The notes: generated by a model not told the origin, from the letters alone. A stretch of 64,000 nucleotides of DNA from Syntrophorhabdales bacterium (GCA_049521495.1 JBEKOT010000002.1:36206-100205); one strand, 5' to 3'. Positions 28,443-37,384 are shown, counted from the first letter of the stretch. A program made the numbers and translations.

Positions 28443-28461
28443 AACTAACAAGGAGGATACC

Positions 28462-28983
28462 ATGCCTGTTGACGCAGAAAAGGAAATAACGCGGCTGTGG
28501 AGGGCGCTCCACGGGGCACAGGATACGGCCATAAAGAACTTCTACCAGTGGCGTAAAGTGGCGGTCGAGCTTGCCGGGAAGAGCGGCAACGCCATGGAGA
28601 TCGGACTCAAGGGATGGGAAGCGATGGCCCAAGACCTTGGGAAATCCTACCTGCCCCGGCTGAGCTTCAAGAAAGGCGAGCCGGGATTTATTCAGATCGT
28701 GGGGGGATTGATCGCCGGGACGTGGCAGAGCTATGGAGCCGTAGTGGACGTGAAGCTGGGTCGGAGCCCCACTGAAGCGATCATCACGTGGTCGCGGTGC
28801 CCGTGGCCAGCCTTTGCGAAAGAGTTCAATGTGGCTATGAAGGAAGATCTGGCAGGATGCAATCTTGTGATGGCAACGGTTGTTAACATGGCGAATGCCT
28901 TTATGGGCACGGACCTGAAGGTCGAGACGATGAAGGCTATTCCCCGAAGTGAGGGTGCGTGCGTGAGAAGATTGTACAAATAA
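28462..28983 (+). CDS. hypothetical protein, possibly L-2-amino-thiazoline-4-carboxylic-acid-hydrolase-like family
   Basis: 173 aa, AGGAGG SD. C-terminal pattern SRCPW...LAGCNL...EGACVRRL resembles my recollection of that family. Weak call. Confidence 0.35.
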   Translation: MPVDAEKEITRLWRALHGAQDTAIKNFYQWRKVAVELAGKSGNAMEIGLKGWEAMAQDLGKSYLPRLSFKKGEPGFIQIVGGLIAGTWQSYGAVVDVKLGRSPTEAIITWSRCPWPAFAKEFNVAMKEDLAGCNLVMATVVNMANAFMGTDLKVETMKAIPRSEGACVRRLYK

Positions 28984-28993
28984 GGAGGTATAT

Positions 28994-29200
28994 ATGTCAG
29001 CCCAGATAGATCTGGAGAAATGCAAGAGATGCGGCGGCGCGGTGCAGCCACTGTGCGTGGAGATTTGTCCGGACCAGGCGATCAGGATACAGGATGACAG
29101 GCCAGTGGTCACCGAGTTTCTGTGCGAGGACTGCAATGAGTGCGGCTTTGTCTGTCCTGACCATGCCTTAAAGATTCCCCTTGAGAAAGTGACGTTCTAA
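28994..29200 (+). CDS. 2x[4Fe-4S] ferredoxin
   Basis: 68 aa; CKRCGGAVQPLCVEICP and CEDCNECGFVCP motifs; AGGAGG SD. Confidence 0.85.
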   Translation: MSAQIDLEKCKRCGGAVQPLCVEICPDQAIRIQDDRPVVTEFLCEDCNECGFVCPDHALKIPLEKVTF

Positions 29201-29216
29201 GACCAGGAGGTATTGA

Positions 29217-29633
29217 GTGAAGATCAATAAAATAGACCATCTGTGCATTGCGGTGAAGGACCTCGAAGAGGCAAGGAAGCATTGGGAGCCCATCCTTGGA
29301 AAAGGGCCCGACGATTCTTACGTTGACGAGCTTGAAAAGATAAAGGTTGCCAGATACTGGCTGGGTGGTGTCGGCTTCGAGTTGATGCAGTCGACGGCAC
29401 CCGACGGCGATGTGGCAAAATGGATCGAGAAGAGAGGTGAAGGTATCATGCTCATCGGCTTCAACGTGGACAACACGCGTGAAGCAATGGCGGAGCTCAA
29501 GCCCAAAGACTACCCCTTTATCGGAGGGGCGAGGCCGTGGCGGGACTGCGAGTTTGCCTTCGTCCATCCCAAGGCAGTCAACGGCGTGCTTCTCGAGCTC
29601 ATCGATTATAAGTGGAATGAGCTTAAGAAGTGA
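29217..29633 (+). CDS. VOC-superfamily protein, methylmalonyl-CoA epimerase-like
   Basis: 138 aa, GTG start behind AGGAGG; IDHLCIAVKDLEEARKHW..., FELMQSTAPDGDVAKWIEKRGEGI, AFVHPKAVNGVLLELI. Confidence 0.75.
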   Translation: MKINKIDHLCIAVKDLEEARKHWEPILGKGPDDSYVDELEKIKVARYWLGGVGFELMQSTAPDGDVAKWIEKRGEGIMLIGFNVDNTREAMAELKPKDYPFIGGARPWRDCEFAFVHPKAVNGVLLELIDYKWNELKK

Positions 29634-29702
29634 GAAGCAAGAAGGGCTCGCGGGGAGGGAGGTGCAAGCGTTTCGCCCCGCGAGTTTCAGGGGGTCAACG
29701 GC

Positions 29703-31049
29703 ATGGCTGATGCGATTCTGGTGATCGGCGGCGGTGTAGCGGGCATCCACGTTGCACTCAACGCAGCCGAGTACGGGAGCAAGGTGTACCTTGTGGATGA
29801 TACGGCAAGTATCGGGGGCATGATGGCCCGTCTGGACAAGACATTTCCCACAAACGACTGCTCCATCTGTATCGAAGCGCCCCGGATGTACGAAGTGGAC
29901 AACCACGAGAACATAGAGATCCTCACCAACACGGAGGTCAGACGCATACAACGGGTTAATGGCGATTTCAAGGTCCGCATGGTGAGAAAGGCAAAGTATG
30001 TAGATGAGGAGAAGTGTACTGGGTGCGGTGCGTGCGTGCAGGCGTGCCCCGTTGCACTCCCCGATGATATGGACGGTAAAATCGGAGGAACGAGGAAGCT
30101 CATCTCCATGCCTTTTCCCCAGGCGGTGCCGAATATGGGGGTAGTAGATCCCCGCTGCCGGGGAGGGAAGATGCGGGAGAAGGGCGCCTGCGTGGGAGGC
30201 TGCGTAGTCGACTGCAGCCAGTGCACCGAGTGCCCCATCGCCCTTTGTGTCAAGGCGTGCATTAAGGAAGGAAAGAACGCGGTCGTGCTGTGGGACAAGG
30301 ACAAGCCAATCGACGTGGAGGTCAAAAGCATCGTTGTTGCGTCAGGTATCAGGGCCCCTGTCCCTCCGGACGGCACTTATGGCTACAACGTCTATCCCAA
30401 TGTGATCACCAACCTCCAGTTCGAGCGCCTCATGAACGCGGGAGGACCGACAGGGGGTGATATCATAAGGCCTTCGGACCGGAGACACCCGAAGAGGATC
30501 GGGTGGATCCAATGTGTGGGACGGGGCCTGAAGGAAGGGCTCAGATACTGCTCAAAGGTTTGCTGCATGATTGCGGCCAAACAGACGATCATCACGAAAG
30601 AGCACGGGGCAAAGGTGGATACGGTCATCTTCTACAACGATCTCAAGGCGTACGGTAAAGGGATGTGGTCCTTCTACAGGAAGGCCATCGAGCACGGGGT
30701 CCGATACGTCCGCGGCCGCCCCTTCGATGTGACGGAAGACCCGGACCGCAACCTCACTGTCAGGTACGAACACCTGGACACGGGAGAGATAAAGGAGGAG
30801 AAGCTCGATCTCCTTGTCCTTTCCATGGGGCTGGAGGCGGCGGAGCGGAACAGAAAGCTGGGGAAGGTGTTGGGGATCGAGGTCGACGAAGACGGCTTTT
30901 TCAAGGAAAAGGACCCTCTGATGGCGCCGCTGGAGACGAATGTGGAGGGGATTTACCTTTGCGGCGGAGCAACCGGGCCGATCGATATTTCAGAATCCGT
31001 AATCCAGGCATCTGCTGCGGGTCTGAAGGCGGTGTCGAGGCAATCATGA
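29703..31049 (+). CDS. HdrA-like FAD/Fe-S oxidoreductase (lacks the N-terminal HdrA domain)
   Basis: 448 aa; ILVIGGGVAGIHVALNAAEYG, DKTFPTNDCSICI, KCTGCGACVQACP; C-terminal GIYLCGGATGPIDISESV. Confidence 0.8.
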   Translation: MADAILVIGGGVAGIHVALNAAEYGSKVYLVDDTASIGGMMARLDKTFPTNDCSICIEAPRMYEVDNHENIEILTNTEVRRIQRVNGDFKVRMVRKAKYVDEEKCTGCGACVQACPVALPDDMDGKIGGTRKLISMPFPQAVPNMGVVDPRCRGGKMREKGACVGGCVVDCSQCTECPIALCVKACIKEGKNAVVLWDKDKPIDVEVKSIVVASGIRAPVPPDGTYGYNVYPNVITNLQFERLMNAGGPTGGDIIRPSDRRHPKRIGWIQCVGRGLKEGLRYCSKVCCMIAAKQTIITKEHGAKVDTVIFYNDLKAYGKGMWSFYRKAIEHGVRYVRGRPFDVTEDPDRNLTVRYEHLDTGEIKEEKLDLLVLSMGLEAAERNRKLGKVLGIEVDEDGFFKEKDPLMAPLETNVEGIYLCGGATGPIDISESVIQASAAGLKAVSRQS

Positions 31050-33094
31050 GTGAGATCAGGGTAGGCGTCTTCATCTGTAACTGCGGGTCCAACATCGGAG
31101 GATTCCTTAGCGTGCCGGAAGTGGTCGAGTATGCCCGAACCCTTCCGGACGTCGCCTTTGCGGACGAGAGTAAATGGTCCTGCTCGGTAGACGCCCTTTC
31201 CCAGCTGCAGAAGTCCATACAGGAGCATGGGATCAACCGGGTGGTCGTTGCTGCATGCACGCCCAGAACACACGAGCCGCTCTTCAAAAGGACCGTCAAG
31301 GAAGTGGGCCTTAACCCGTACCTTCTCGATTTCGTAAGCATCAGGGAGCAGGATTCGTGGGTGCACATGAACGATGCGCGGGTGGCCACGGAGAAGGCGA
31401 AAGATCTGGTGAGGATGAGTGTCGCCAAGGCCCGGCTACTCGAAGAAGGCCACGAGATCAAGTTGCCGGTGAGCAGGGACTGCGTCGTCATCGGCGGGGG
31501 CGTGGCAGGTATGACGGCCGCCGTCCATCTCGCAAGGCAGGGTTTCAATGTGACGATCGTCGAGAGGGAGCCCGAATTGGGCGGGCTTTTGAACAAGCTC
31601 GATTCGCTTTCTGAGGGCCTAACCCCTGCGGAACTGATGAACGCAAAGATAGCAGAGGTGCAGCGATATACGAATATTAAGGTCTATACCGGGACGGTCA
31701 TCGAGCATGTTGCCGGTTACATAGGCAATTACAAAATCACCGTGAAAGGGCAAAGCGGCGAGAGTGGAACCTTCGATACCTCTACTGTGATTGTGGCCAC
31801 GGGTATGCAGGAGGTGGAACCAACCGGCCAGTTCTGCTACGGAGAGAACGACCGCGTGGTCACCCAGCTTCAGCTTGAAGGGTTGCTCAGGCAAGGGAAG
31901 GTAGAGGGTGTCAAGGACCTTGTCATGGTCAACTGCGTGAACTCGATGAATGGGAACAGGGGCTGCTGTACCATCGGCTGTCTGGTGGCCGTGAAGAATG
32001 CGCTGGCGGTGAAGAAGCTTATCAAAGATGCACGCGTCTCTATCCTCTTCCGGAACCTGTGCATGGTAAAGGGCGAGCGAGAAATCATCGAGGAGGCAAA
32101 AAAAGCGGGCATAAAATTCATCCGCTTCCCCGATGACCGCTATCCCCAGGTGTCGAATAACGGCGTGCTTTCCCTCAAGGCTTTTGATACACTTCTTGGG
32201 CGGGAGCTGACCATTCCGGCAGACCTCCTTGTCCTGACTACGGCCTACGAAGGTGACAGGAGTGTCGACGAGGTCAAGGGGCAGCTCAAGGTTTCCAGCA
32301 ATCCCGAGGGTTTTTTTCAGGAGGCCCACATCAAGCTCGGCCCCCTCGATTTCCCTGCCGACGGTGTCTTCCTTTGCGGCGGGGCCCGTTCACCGAAGAG
32401 CATCAAGGACGCATGTGAAGAGGCCGTCGGCGCTGCCATGCGCGCCTCTATTCCCATGAAGAGGGGCTATATCGAGGCAGAAGGCATTGTGGCCGGTATT
32501 GACCTCGGTGCATGCAACGGGTGCGGACTCTGTGTGAAGAACTGCCCCTACGGGGCCATAACGTGGAAGACAGACAAGGAACCTGAGGTCATTCAGGCGC
32601 TCTGCAAGGGATGCGGCCTCTGCGCGGCCGATTGCCCAAAGAATGCCTTACAGATCGTCCATTTCTCCGATAGTCAGATCCTGGCACAGGTGGAGGCAGC
32701 ACTGCAGGAGAGCCCAACCGATAAGATCGTGGGGTTTGTCTGCCATTGGTGCTGCCACGGCGCAGTAGACATGGCAGGTGTGAGCCGGCTCCAGTATCCG
32801 CCCCACGCGCGGCTGATACGCGTCATGTGTTCGGCCCGTGTCTCATCCGCGCATGTGGAGCGGGCCTTCGAGCTCGGCGCGGCAGGGGTCTTCGTAGGTG
32901 GGTGCGAGTTTCCGACCTGCCACTACATCGTGGGCAACTACAAGGCGGAAAAGAGGATGGAGCGGGTCAGAAAGAGTCTTGCAAAAAAAGGGTTCGACCC
33001 GGCGAGGCTGTGGGTGGGATGGTGTTCAGCGGCAGATGGGCCAAAGTTTGCGCATATCATGCGGGGCATGGTGAAAGAGCTTAATCTGGAGTGA
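31046..33094 (+). CDS. HdrA-like flavoprotein fused to MvhD-like domain
   Basis: ATG 31046 (ATGA overlap with the upstream stop); the tracked ORF's upstream extension overlaps the previous gene. IRVGVFICNCGSNIGG...VVVAACTPRTHE...REQDSWVH, VVIGGGVAGMTAA, CNGCGLCVKNCP/CKGCGLCAADCP; C-terminal IVGFVCHWCCHGAVDMAG...VMCSARV... (MvhD). Confidence 0.85.
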   Translation: MSEIRVGVFICNCGSNIGGFLSVPEVVEYARTLPDVAFADESKWSCSVDALSQLQKSIQEHGINRVVVAACTPRTHEPLFKRTVKEVGLNPYLLDFVSIREQDSWVHMNDARVATEKAKDLVRMSVAKARLLEEGHEIKLPVSRDCVVIGGGVAGMTAAVHLARQGFNVTIVEREPELGGLLNKLDSLSEGLTPAELMNAKIAEVQRYTNIKVYTGTVIEHVAGYIGNYKITVKGQSGESGTFDTSTVIVATGMQEVEPTGQFCYGENDRVVTQLQLEGLLRQGKVEGVKDLVMVNCVNSMNGNRGCCTIGCLVAVKNALAVKKLIKDARVSILFRNLCMVKGEREIIEEAKKAGIKFIRFPDDRYPQVSNNGVLSLKAFDTLLGRELTIPADLLVLTTAYEGDRSVDEVKGQLKVSSNPEGFFQEAHIKLGPLDFPADGVFLCGGARSPKSIKDACEEAVGAAMRASIPMKRGYIEAEGIVAGIDLGACNGCGLCVKNCPYGAITWKTDKEPEVIQALCKGCGLCAADCPKNALQIVHFSDSQILAQVEAALQESPTDKIVGFVCHWCCHGAVDMAGVSRLQYPPHARLIRVMCSARVSSAHVERAFELGAAGVFVGGCEFPTCHYIVGNYKAEKRMERVRKSLAKKGFDPARLWVGWCSAADGPKFAHIMRGMVKELNLE

Positions 33095-33097
33095 TTT

Positions 33098-34852
33098 ATG
33101 GAGGCTGGAAACGAGGCGAGAGAGAGCGGCAGGTTTGAAATGGAAGAAAAGGTGTACGACGCGTCCCTGTTCCGCGTCTGCGAGCAATGCGGTTGCTGTA
33201 GTTCTGCCTGCCCCCTGACCGGTAAGGACGGCTTCAATATCCGGCGCATCATACGCCATCTCGAGCTCGACCTCGCCGAGGAAGTAACCCGTTCGCACCT
33301 GCCATGGTTCTGCACCACCTGCGGACGCTGCGAGGACGCGTGCCCTAATGGTATCAAAATCCTCGATCTCGTACGCTATGTACGGAGCAGGTCTCCTGCA
33401 ATCCCCGAGAGCGCGCCCTGTGTCGAGGCGTGCCCGGTGCATATCGATATCCCCGAGTATGTCCGGCTTATTGCCGAGGGGAAGCGGGATGAGGCCTACG
33501 GAGTGATCCGCCAAAAGGTACCCTTTCCGGCAATTCTGGGCCGGGTGTGCACGCGGTTCTGCGAGGAAAAGTGCCGACGGAAAGAGGTGAACGGAGCAGT
33601 ATCCATCTGCGCGCTGAAGCGCTACGCGGCGGACTGTCGAGACAGAACGGGCGAGCAGGTCCGTACGGCGGCGCCTGGTACAGGAAAGAAGGTGGCCGTC
33701 GTGGGCGCAGGCCCGGCCGGCCTTACCGCTGCCTTTTATCTCAGACAGAAGGGGCACGAGGTAACGCTGTTCGAGGAGAGAGAAGAGGCGGGCGGGATGA
33801 TGCGGTTCTCGATCCCCGCCTATCGGCTGCCTCCCGATGTCCTCCGCAGGGAAATCCAGGATGTACTCGATGCTGGAATCGAGCTGCGGACAGGTAAGCG
33901 ACTGGGGCGGGACTTCGATCTGGCCTCGTTGAAGAACGATTATGCGGCGGTCTTTGTTTCGACTGGCGCCCAACTGAGCCGAAGGATCTCCCTTCTCGGC
34001 GCTGATCTGGACGGGGTCCTGTGGGGCCTCGATTTTCTCTTCGCTGTAAAGGAGAACCGGGTAACCACGGTCAAGAACAAGGTGGTGGTGATCGGGGGTG
34101 GAAACGTCGCTATCGACGTTGCCCTTACCGCCCTCCGCCTGGGCGCTGAAAGGGTTGTTCTTGCATGCCTTGAGACGTTTGAGAAGATGCCGGCAAACCG
34201 CTGGGAGATCGATCAGGCCGTCGAAGAGGGTATAACGATCATGACTTCATGGGGACCTGAGCGTGTGATCGGAACCGGCTCGGTTTCAGCTGTAGAGCTG
34301 GTTCGCTGTACCTCCGCATTTGACGAGGAAGGGAAATTCAATCCGATCTATGATACGGACACGAAGACGACAATCGATACTTCCCAGGTGATCCTTGCCG
34401 TCGGTCAGGCTTCAGACCTATCTTTCAACAGTCGAGAGACGGAACCGATCCCGGTTGAGGCAGGATTACTCGCGGCCGACCCCGATACGCAGGCGACGGG
34501 GATAGAAGGTGTGTTCGCAGGCGGCGACGTGGCAAAGGCCCCGGGTACCATCATCGAAGCCATCGCCGCAGGACGAAAGGCCGCGTCCGCGATCGACATA
34601 TATCTTGGCGGCAACGGCGTCCTGAGCGGAAGCGCGGTAGAGCGGGTCGGGCGGATCATCTCCGAAAGGAGAGAGAAGGGCTTCGCCGACCGCAAGAGGA
34701 TTGAACCCATCAGGATTCCCGTAGAAGAGAGGAAAGAAACCTTTCACGAGGTGGAAGCGACGTTCGAGGAAGCTGAAGCCGTGAGGGAGGGGAGTCGATG
34801 CTTCGGTTGCGATCTGGAAATAGAACGCTGCAGGCAGAGAAGACTTTTATAG
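33098..34852 (+). CDS. Fe-S cluster domain fused to GltD/NfnB-like NAD(P)H-dependent FAD oxidoreductase
   Basis: 584 aa; CEQCGCCSSACP...CTTCGRCEDACP; PCVEACPVHIDIPEY...RVCTRFCEEKC (GltD N-terminal cluster); VAVVGAGPAGLTAAFYL, VVVIGGGNVAIDVA, GVFAGGDV. Confidence 0.85.
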   Translation: MEAGNEARESGRFEMEEKVYDASLFRVCEQCGCCSSACPLTGKDGFNIRRIIRHLELDLAEEVTRSHLPWFCTTCGRCEDACPNGIKILDLVRYVRSRSPAIPESAPCVEACPVHIDIPEYVRLIAEGKRDEAYGVIRQKVPFPAILGRVCTRFCEEKCRRKEVNGAVSICALKRYAADCRDRTGEQVRTAAPGTGKKVAVVGAGPAGLTAAFYLRQKGHEVTLFEEREEAGGMMRFSIPAYRLPPDVLRREIQDVLDAGIELRTGKRLGRDFDLASLKNDYAAVFVSTGAQLSRRISLLGADLDGVLWGLDFLFAVKENRVTTVKNKVVVIGGGNVAIDVALTALRLGAERVVLACLETFEKMPANRWEIDQAVEEGITIMTSWGPERVIGTGSVSAVELVRCTSAFDEEGKFNPIYDTDTKTTIDTSQVILAVGQASDLSFNSRETEPIPVEAGLLAADPDTQATGIEGVFAGGDVAKAPGTIIEAIAAGRKAASAIDIYLGGNGVLSGSAVERVGRIISERREKGFADRKRIEPIRIPVEERKETFHEVEATFEEAEAVREGSRCFGCDLEIERCRQRRLL

Positions 34853-35287
34853 ATCTTTCTCCAGGTAGATTAGGGGGGAGCGGTCGAAACCGATAGATTT
34901 AAGGAAGGAAAGGATATCCACTGCATCCCAGCGGGCAGCAGTATACACATGCTCCACATGGTTTTTTTTGAAGCAGTCGAAAAGCTTGCGCGCTAGGGTT
35001 TTTCCGATGCCTTCACCCATGAAGCGCGGATATACGCCTATAAACTCGATCCATCCGCTCATTTCTATGCCGAATCCAGGGCCTTTGATCTCTCCCGTTA
35101 TGTACCCTACGACCTTACCACCCTTTACTGCCACAAAGCCTACCACTTCGCGTCTCAGCACATGCCCTTCCATACCCCTGGCCCACGCCTGGGATACCCT
35201 CTCCTTCGTGATCGATTCCTGAATGTCTATGATCGTAGGGATGTCACCGGCTGTAATCTTCCTTATGCTGCGAGTCCTCCCCATCAC
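34847..35287 (-). CDS. GNAT-family N-acetyltransferase
   Basis: 146 aa; FIGVYPRFMGEGIGKTLARKL is the acetyl-CoA-binding Q/RxxGxG/A-like motif. Confidence 0.8.
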   Translation of the reverse strand: MMGRTRSIRKITAGDIPTIIDIQESITKERVSQAWARGMEGHVLRREVVGFVAVKGGKVVGYITGEIKGPGFGIEMSGWIEFIGVYPRFMGEGIGKTLARKLFDCFKKNHVEHVYTAARWDAVDILSFLKSIGFDRSPLIYLEKDL

Positions 35288-35296
35288 CGTTCCTCC

Positions 35297-35479
35297 TTAA
35301 TCCACGCGAATGATCTTGATCTTCTTCCCTATCCATTCCGGAGGAAGGTAAACACGGCCGCTGTTGCCGCTCTGTTTAACTTCCTTTTCAAGCATTTCCC
35401 TCCCGTAGACCTCAAACTTCACTTTCTCCGCGATACCCTTGCTTTCTACAGCTTGAATCCTTTTTTTTCTCTCAGCCAT
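35297..35479 (-). CDS. DUF2080-like small protein (putative transposon-associated family)
   Basis: 60 aa; ...KEVKQSGNSGRVYLPPEWIGKKIKIIRV matches my recollection of the GNSGRVYVP..W.GK.V motif. Confidence 0.45.
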   Translation of the reverse strand: MAERKKRIQAVESKGIAEKVKFEVYGREMLEKEVKQSGNSGRVYLPPEWIGKKIKIIRVD

Positions 35480-35694
35480 ATATTACCCTCTGTTGGAGCT
35501 ACGTTATAGCTTGGTTATAGTTATACAACTTACCTTGGGTTTGTCAATATCTTAGCGGTGCCCGTCGGTTCTGTTAGTCCAATTAGATATCGATTGACAA
35601 TAGACTAAAGAGCATCCTAAAATCGCTGAAAAGCTTATGTTGGGCCGACGAGAGACTCAAGGGGCCGAGTGACGATAATGGTAAGCAGCACCAG

Positions 35695-35919
35695 ATGTTT
35701 CAGCGGATCTGGGAGACAAGCAAGACGACAATGAGACTGCATATAGTGCGTTCACTCTGCAATTCTTGCGGTTTATGCATCAGGGTCTGCCCGTGTGATG
35801 TTTTTTTCGAAGACGATGGCCTCATCATCGTGCTCGATGCGGATGCCTGTATCGGGTGTCGCTCTTGTGCCGATGAGTGTCCTAATGCCGCCATTTCCGT
35901 CGAAGCCTATAGCGATTAA
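35695..35919 (+). CDS. 2x[4Fe-4S] ferredoxin
   Basis: CNSCGLCIRVCP and CIGCRSCADECP. Real start may be the internal ATG at 35731 (MRLHIV...). Confidence 0.75.
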   Translation: MFQRIWETSKTTMRLHIVRSLCNSCGLCIRVCPCDVFFEDDGLIIVLDADACIGCRSCADECPNAAISVEAYSD

Positions 35920-35979
35920 TCTTCCATAAAGAGACAAGCTTTTTTGAATAACCAGTGAAAGGTATGTCAAATATTTGTC

Positions 35980-36009
35980 TTGACAATGTAGCTATAACAT
36001 AGCTATACG
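35980..36009 (+). promoter_or_regulatory. second copy of promoter/operator-like module (TTGACA + AGCTATA-NN-ATAGCTATA)
   Basis: TTGACA 35980-85; AGCTATAACATAGCTATA 35990-36007. Same order and spacing as at 26370-26398. Confidence 0.4.
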
Positions 36010-36061
36010 TTAAACAATGCTCTTAGGTGACTTCAAACTAAAGAATTTCAAAGAGGTTACA

Positions 36062-36100
36062 ATGGGTAATCAGGCGGTGAGGAGAAGGTTCAAGAAGTGA
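36062..36100 (+). pseudogene. 12-codon stub of a paralog of the OYE/FAD reductase gene (MGNQA...)
   Basis: 23-nt identity AGGTTACAATGGGTAATCAGGCG with 26455-26477 (SD plus the first 5 codons of ORF 26463). Diverges and stops after MGNQAVRRRFKK. Confidence 0.6.
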
Positions 36101-36120
36101 GAACTCCAAGCTATATAGGG

Positions 36121-36155
36121 GGGCAGGGATCAGAGACGGTTCCTGCCCTTTTCTT
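36121..36155 (+). terminator. rho-independent terminator
   Basis: GGGCAGGGA-loop-TTCCTGCCC stem followed by TTTTCTT. Confidence 0.6.
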
Positions 36156-36659
36156 ACCCCTATCGAGGATTACCAGTTCGATTCCAGTATAAGGCGAAAA
36201 AGTCACGCTGCAACGCCTTCAGGAAGGAAGAGTCGGCCCAACCAACAGCGCCATGCCTCGCTGGAAGACACCAAAACCGAGTCAGGAACATTAACATACG
36301 GCACCGTATGTTATTCTTCACTACCAATGTCCACCTGATTTTGTGGCAGTGGGTGACCACTACCGATTTTGTGGACTGCTTCCTCCTACCTTCAATTCCT
36401 TTATAACTTTATTTGTCGCACTATTTCGCACTAGAGGATGGGATGGCCCTGTAAGAGTGGGGGTTCCACCGGGGTGCGGAATATCGATCCGGTCGCATTC
36501 GATCCTCACTATTTTTCCCGCATTACTCCCAGTCATAACCGGGTCAAAAGAGATTCGCCCACTGCGGCCTGGAAAACGCACAGTATACGCAAGCGGCAGA
36601 AGGTTTTTTCGGACTCTCTAAGTTTAGATATGTTTACCCCAAATAGGGGATGTTTTTAT

Positions 36660-36764
36660 ATGGCCGCGTTACATTTTGGTTACACTGTGAAAGACGTTGA
36701 CGAAGGTCTAAAAAAGATGGCGTCCGTTTCTCATCGGGTATGCGACTATAAGCCGGGGACGTAA
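36660..36764 (+). pseudogene. possible N-terminal stub of a VOC/glyoxalase-type gene
   Basis: MAALHFGYTVKDVDEGLKKM... resembles a VOC N-terminal beta-alpha unit, then stops after 34 codons. Confidence 0.2.
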
Positions 36765-37384
36765 ATCGGACTCTGTAACACAACAGGTTGTGATTGTCTA
36801 ATTCTGTCAAGGTTGGCTTTCAGTATCAAGGTAATCTCAGCATTGTTTCCGTATAGATTTACGCTTATCTTGAGGCCTTCCGTAAAATACTCGATTGCCT
36901 TTCTATGGCTTTCTTGGGATCGTCTGCCTCGCGCCAAGCTCTGCCGAGGTAGTTGTAAATCTGTTCGACATCTTCATGTTTATCTCCGTAAAGCTCACGC
37001 TTGATGTCCAAGGCCATATCAAAATAATCAGGGGTTAGCTCTATCTCGAGACCTTTCGTCCAGCATTCAATAGCCTTTTTGAGGTCCCCAAAGAGGTATT
37101 CCGCACCGCCTAGGGCAGAGAGGTTATCGGGATTCTGCGGGTTTAATCGCACTGCCGGCTCGTAATACAACATGGCCCCGGCGAAGCGCCTTAAGCTTGA
37201 TAAGAGTAGTAATGATGGCTGCGAAAAGCATGACAACAAACCCTACTAAGACAAGCGGTTCTCTTAGATGTGTAATCCATATAGAAACTGAGGCTGCTCT
37301 CATACTTAAATCCCCCAAAATAGATTCAGGGAGACATAGCTGCCCTGACTTTATTGTGAAGTACCTGCCGCACGGGTTCTGCAC
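36746..37384 (-). pseudogene. membrane-anchored TPR-repeat protein, broken into three frames
   Basis: ORFs 37124..37384 (TM helix LVLVGFVVMLFAAIITTLI), 36865..37239 (TPR-like AVRLNPQNPDNLSALGGAEYLFGDLKKAIECW...) and 36746..36937 (KAIEYFTEGLKI...). The last shift coincides with an 11-nt imperfect tandem duplication (AAAGCCATAGAA/AGGCAATCGAG). Confidence 0.6.

Noticed and set aside
27036-28532. 498-aa minus-strand ORF, with similar long antisense ORFs at 28243..29136, 29109..29951, 29687..30376, 31619..32329 and 33026..33973
   Set aside because: All lie antisense to plus-strand genes that carry clear family motifs. Their translations are low-complexity and Arg/Pro/Gly/His-rich with no motifs. 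These are typical shadow ORFs in GC-rich coding DNA.
30665-31045. N-terminal 127-codon extension of tracked ORF 30665..33094
   Set aside because: The extension overlaps the 3' end of the HdrA-like gene 29703..31049 in another frame and translates to Gly/Arg/Pro-rich nonsense. The HdrA N-terminal domain begins exactly at ATG 31046 (ATGA overlap).
36160-36190. tRNA-like T-loop string CCAGTTCGATTCCAGT, considered as a tRNA remnant or att site at the island edge
   Set aside because: The flanking 5-mers (ACCAG / CCAGT) are not complementary, so no T-arm forms. There is no acceptor stem and no similarity to the tRNA-Leu at 56486..56567.
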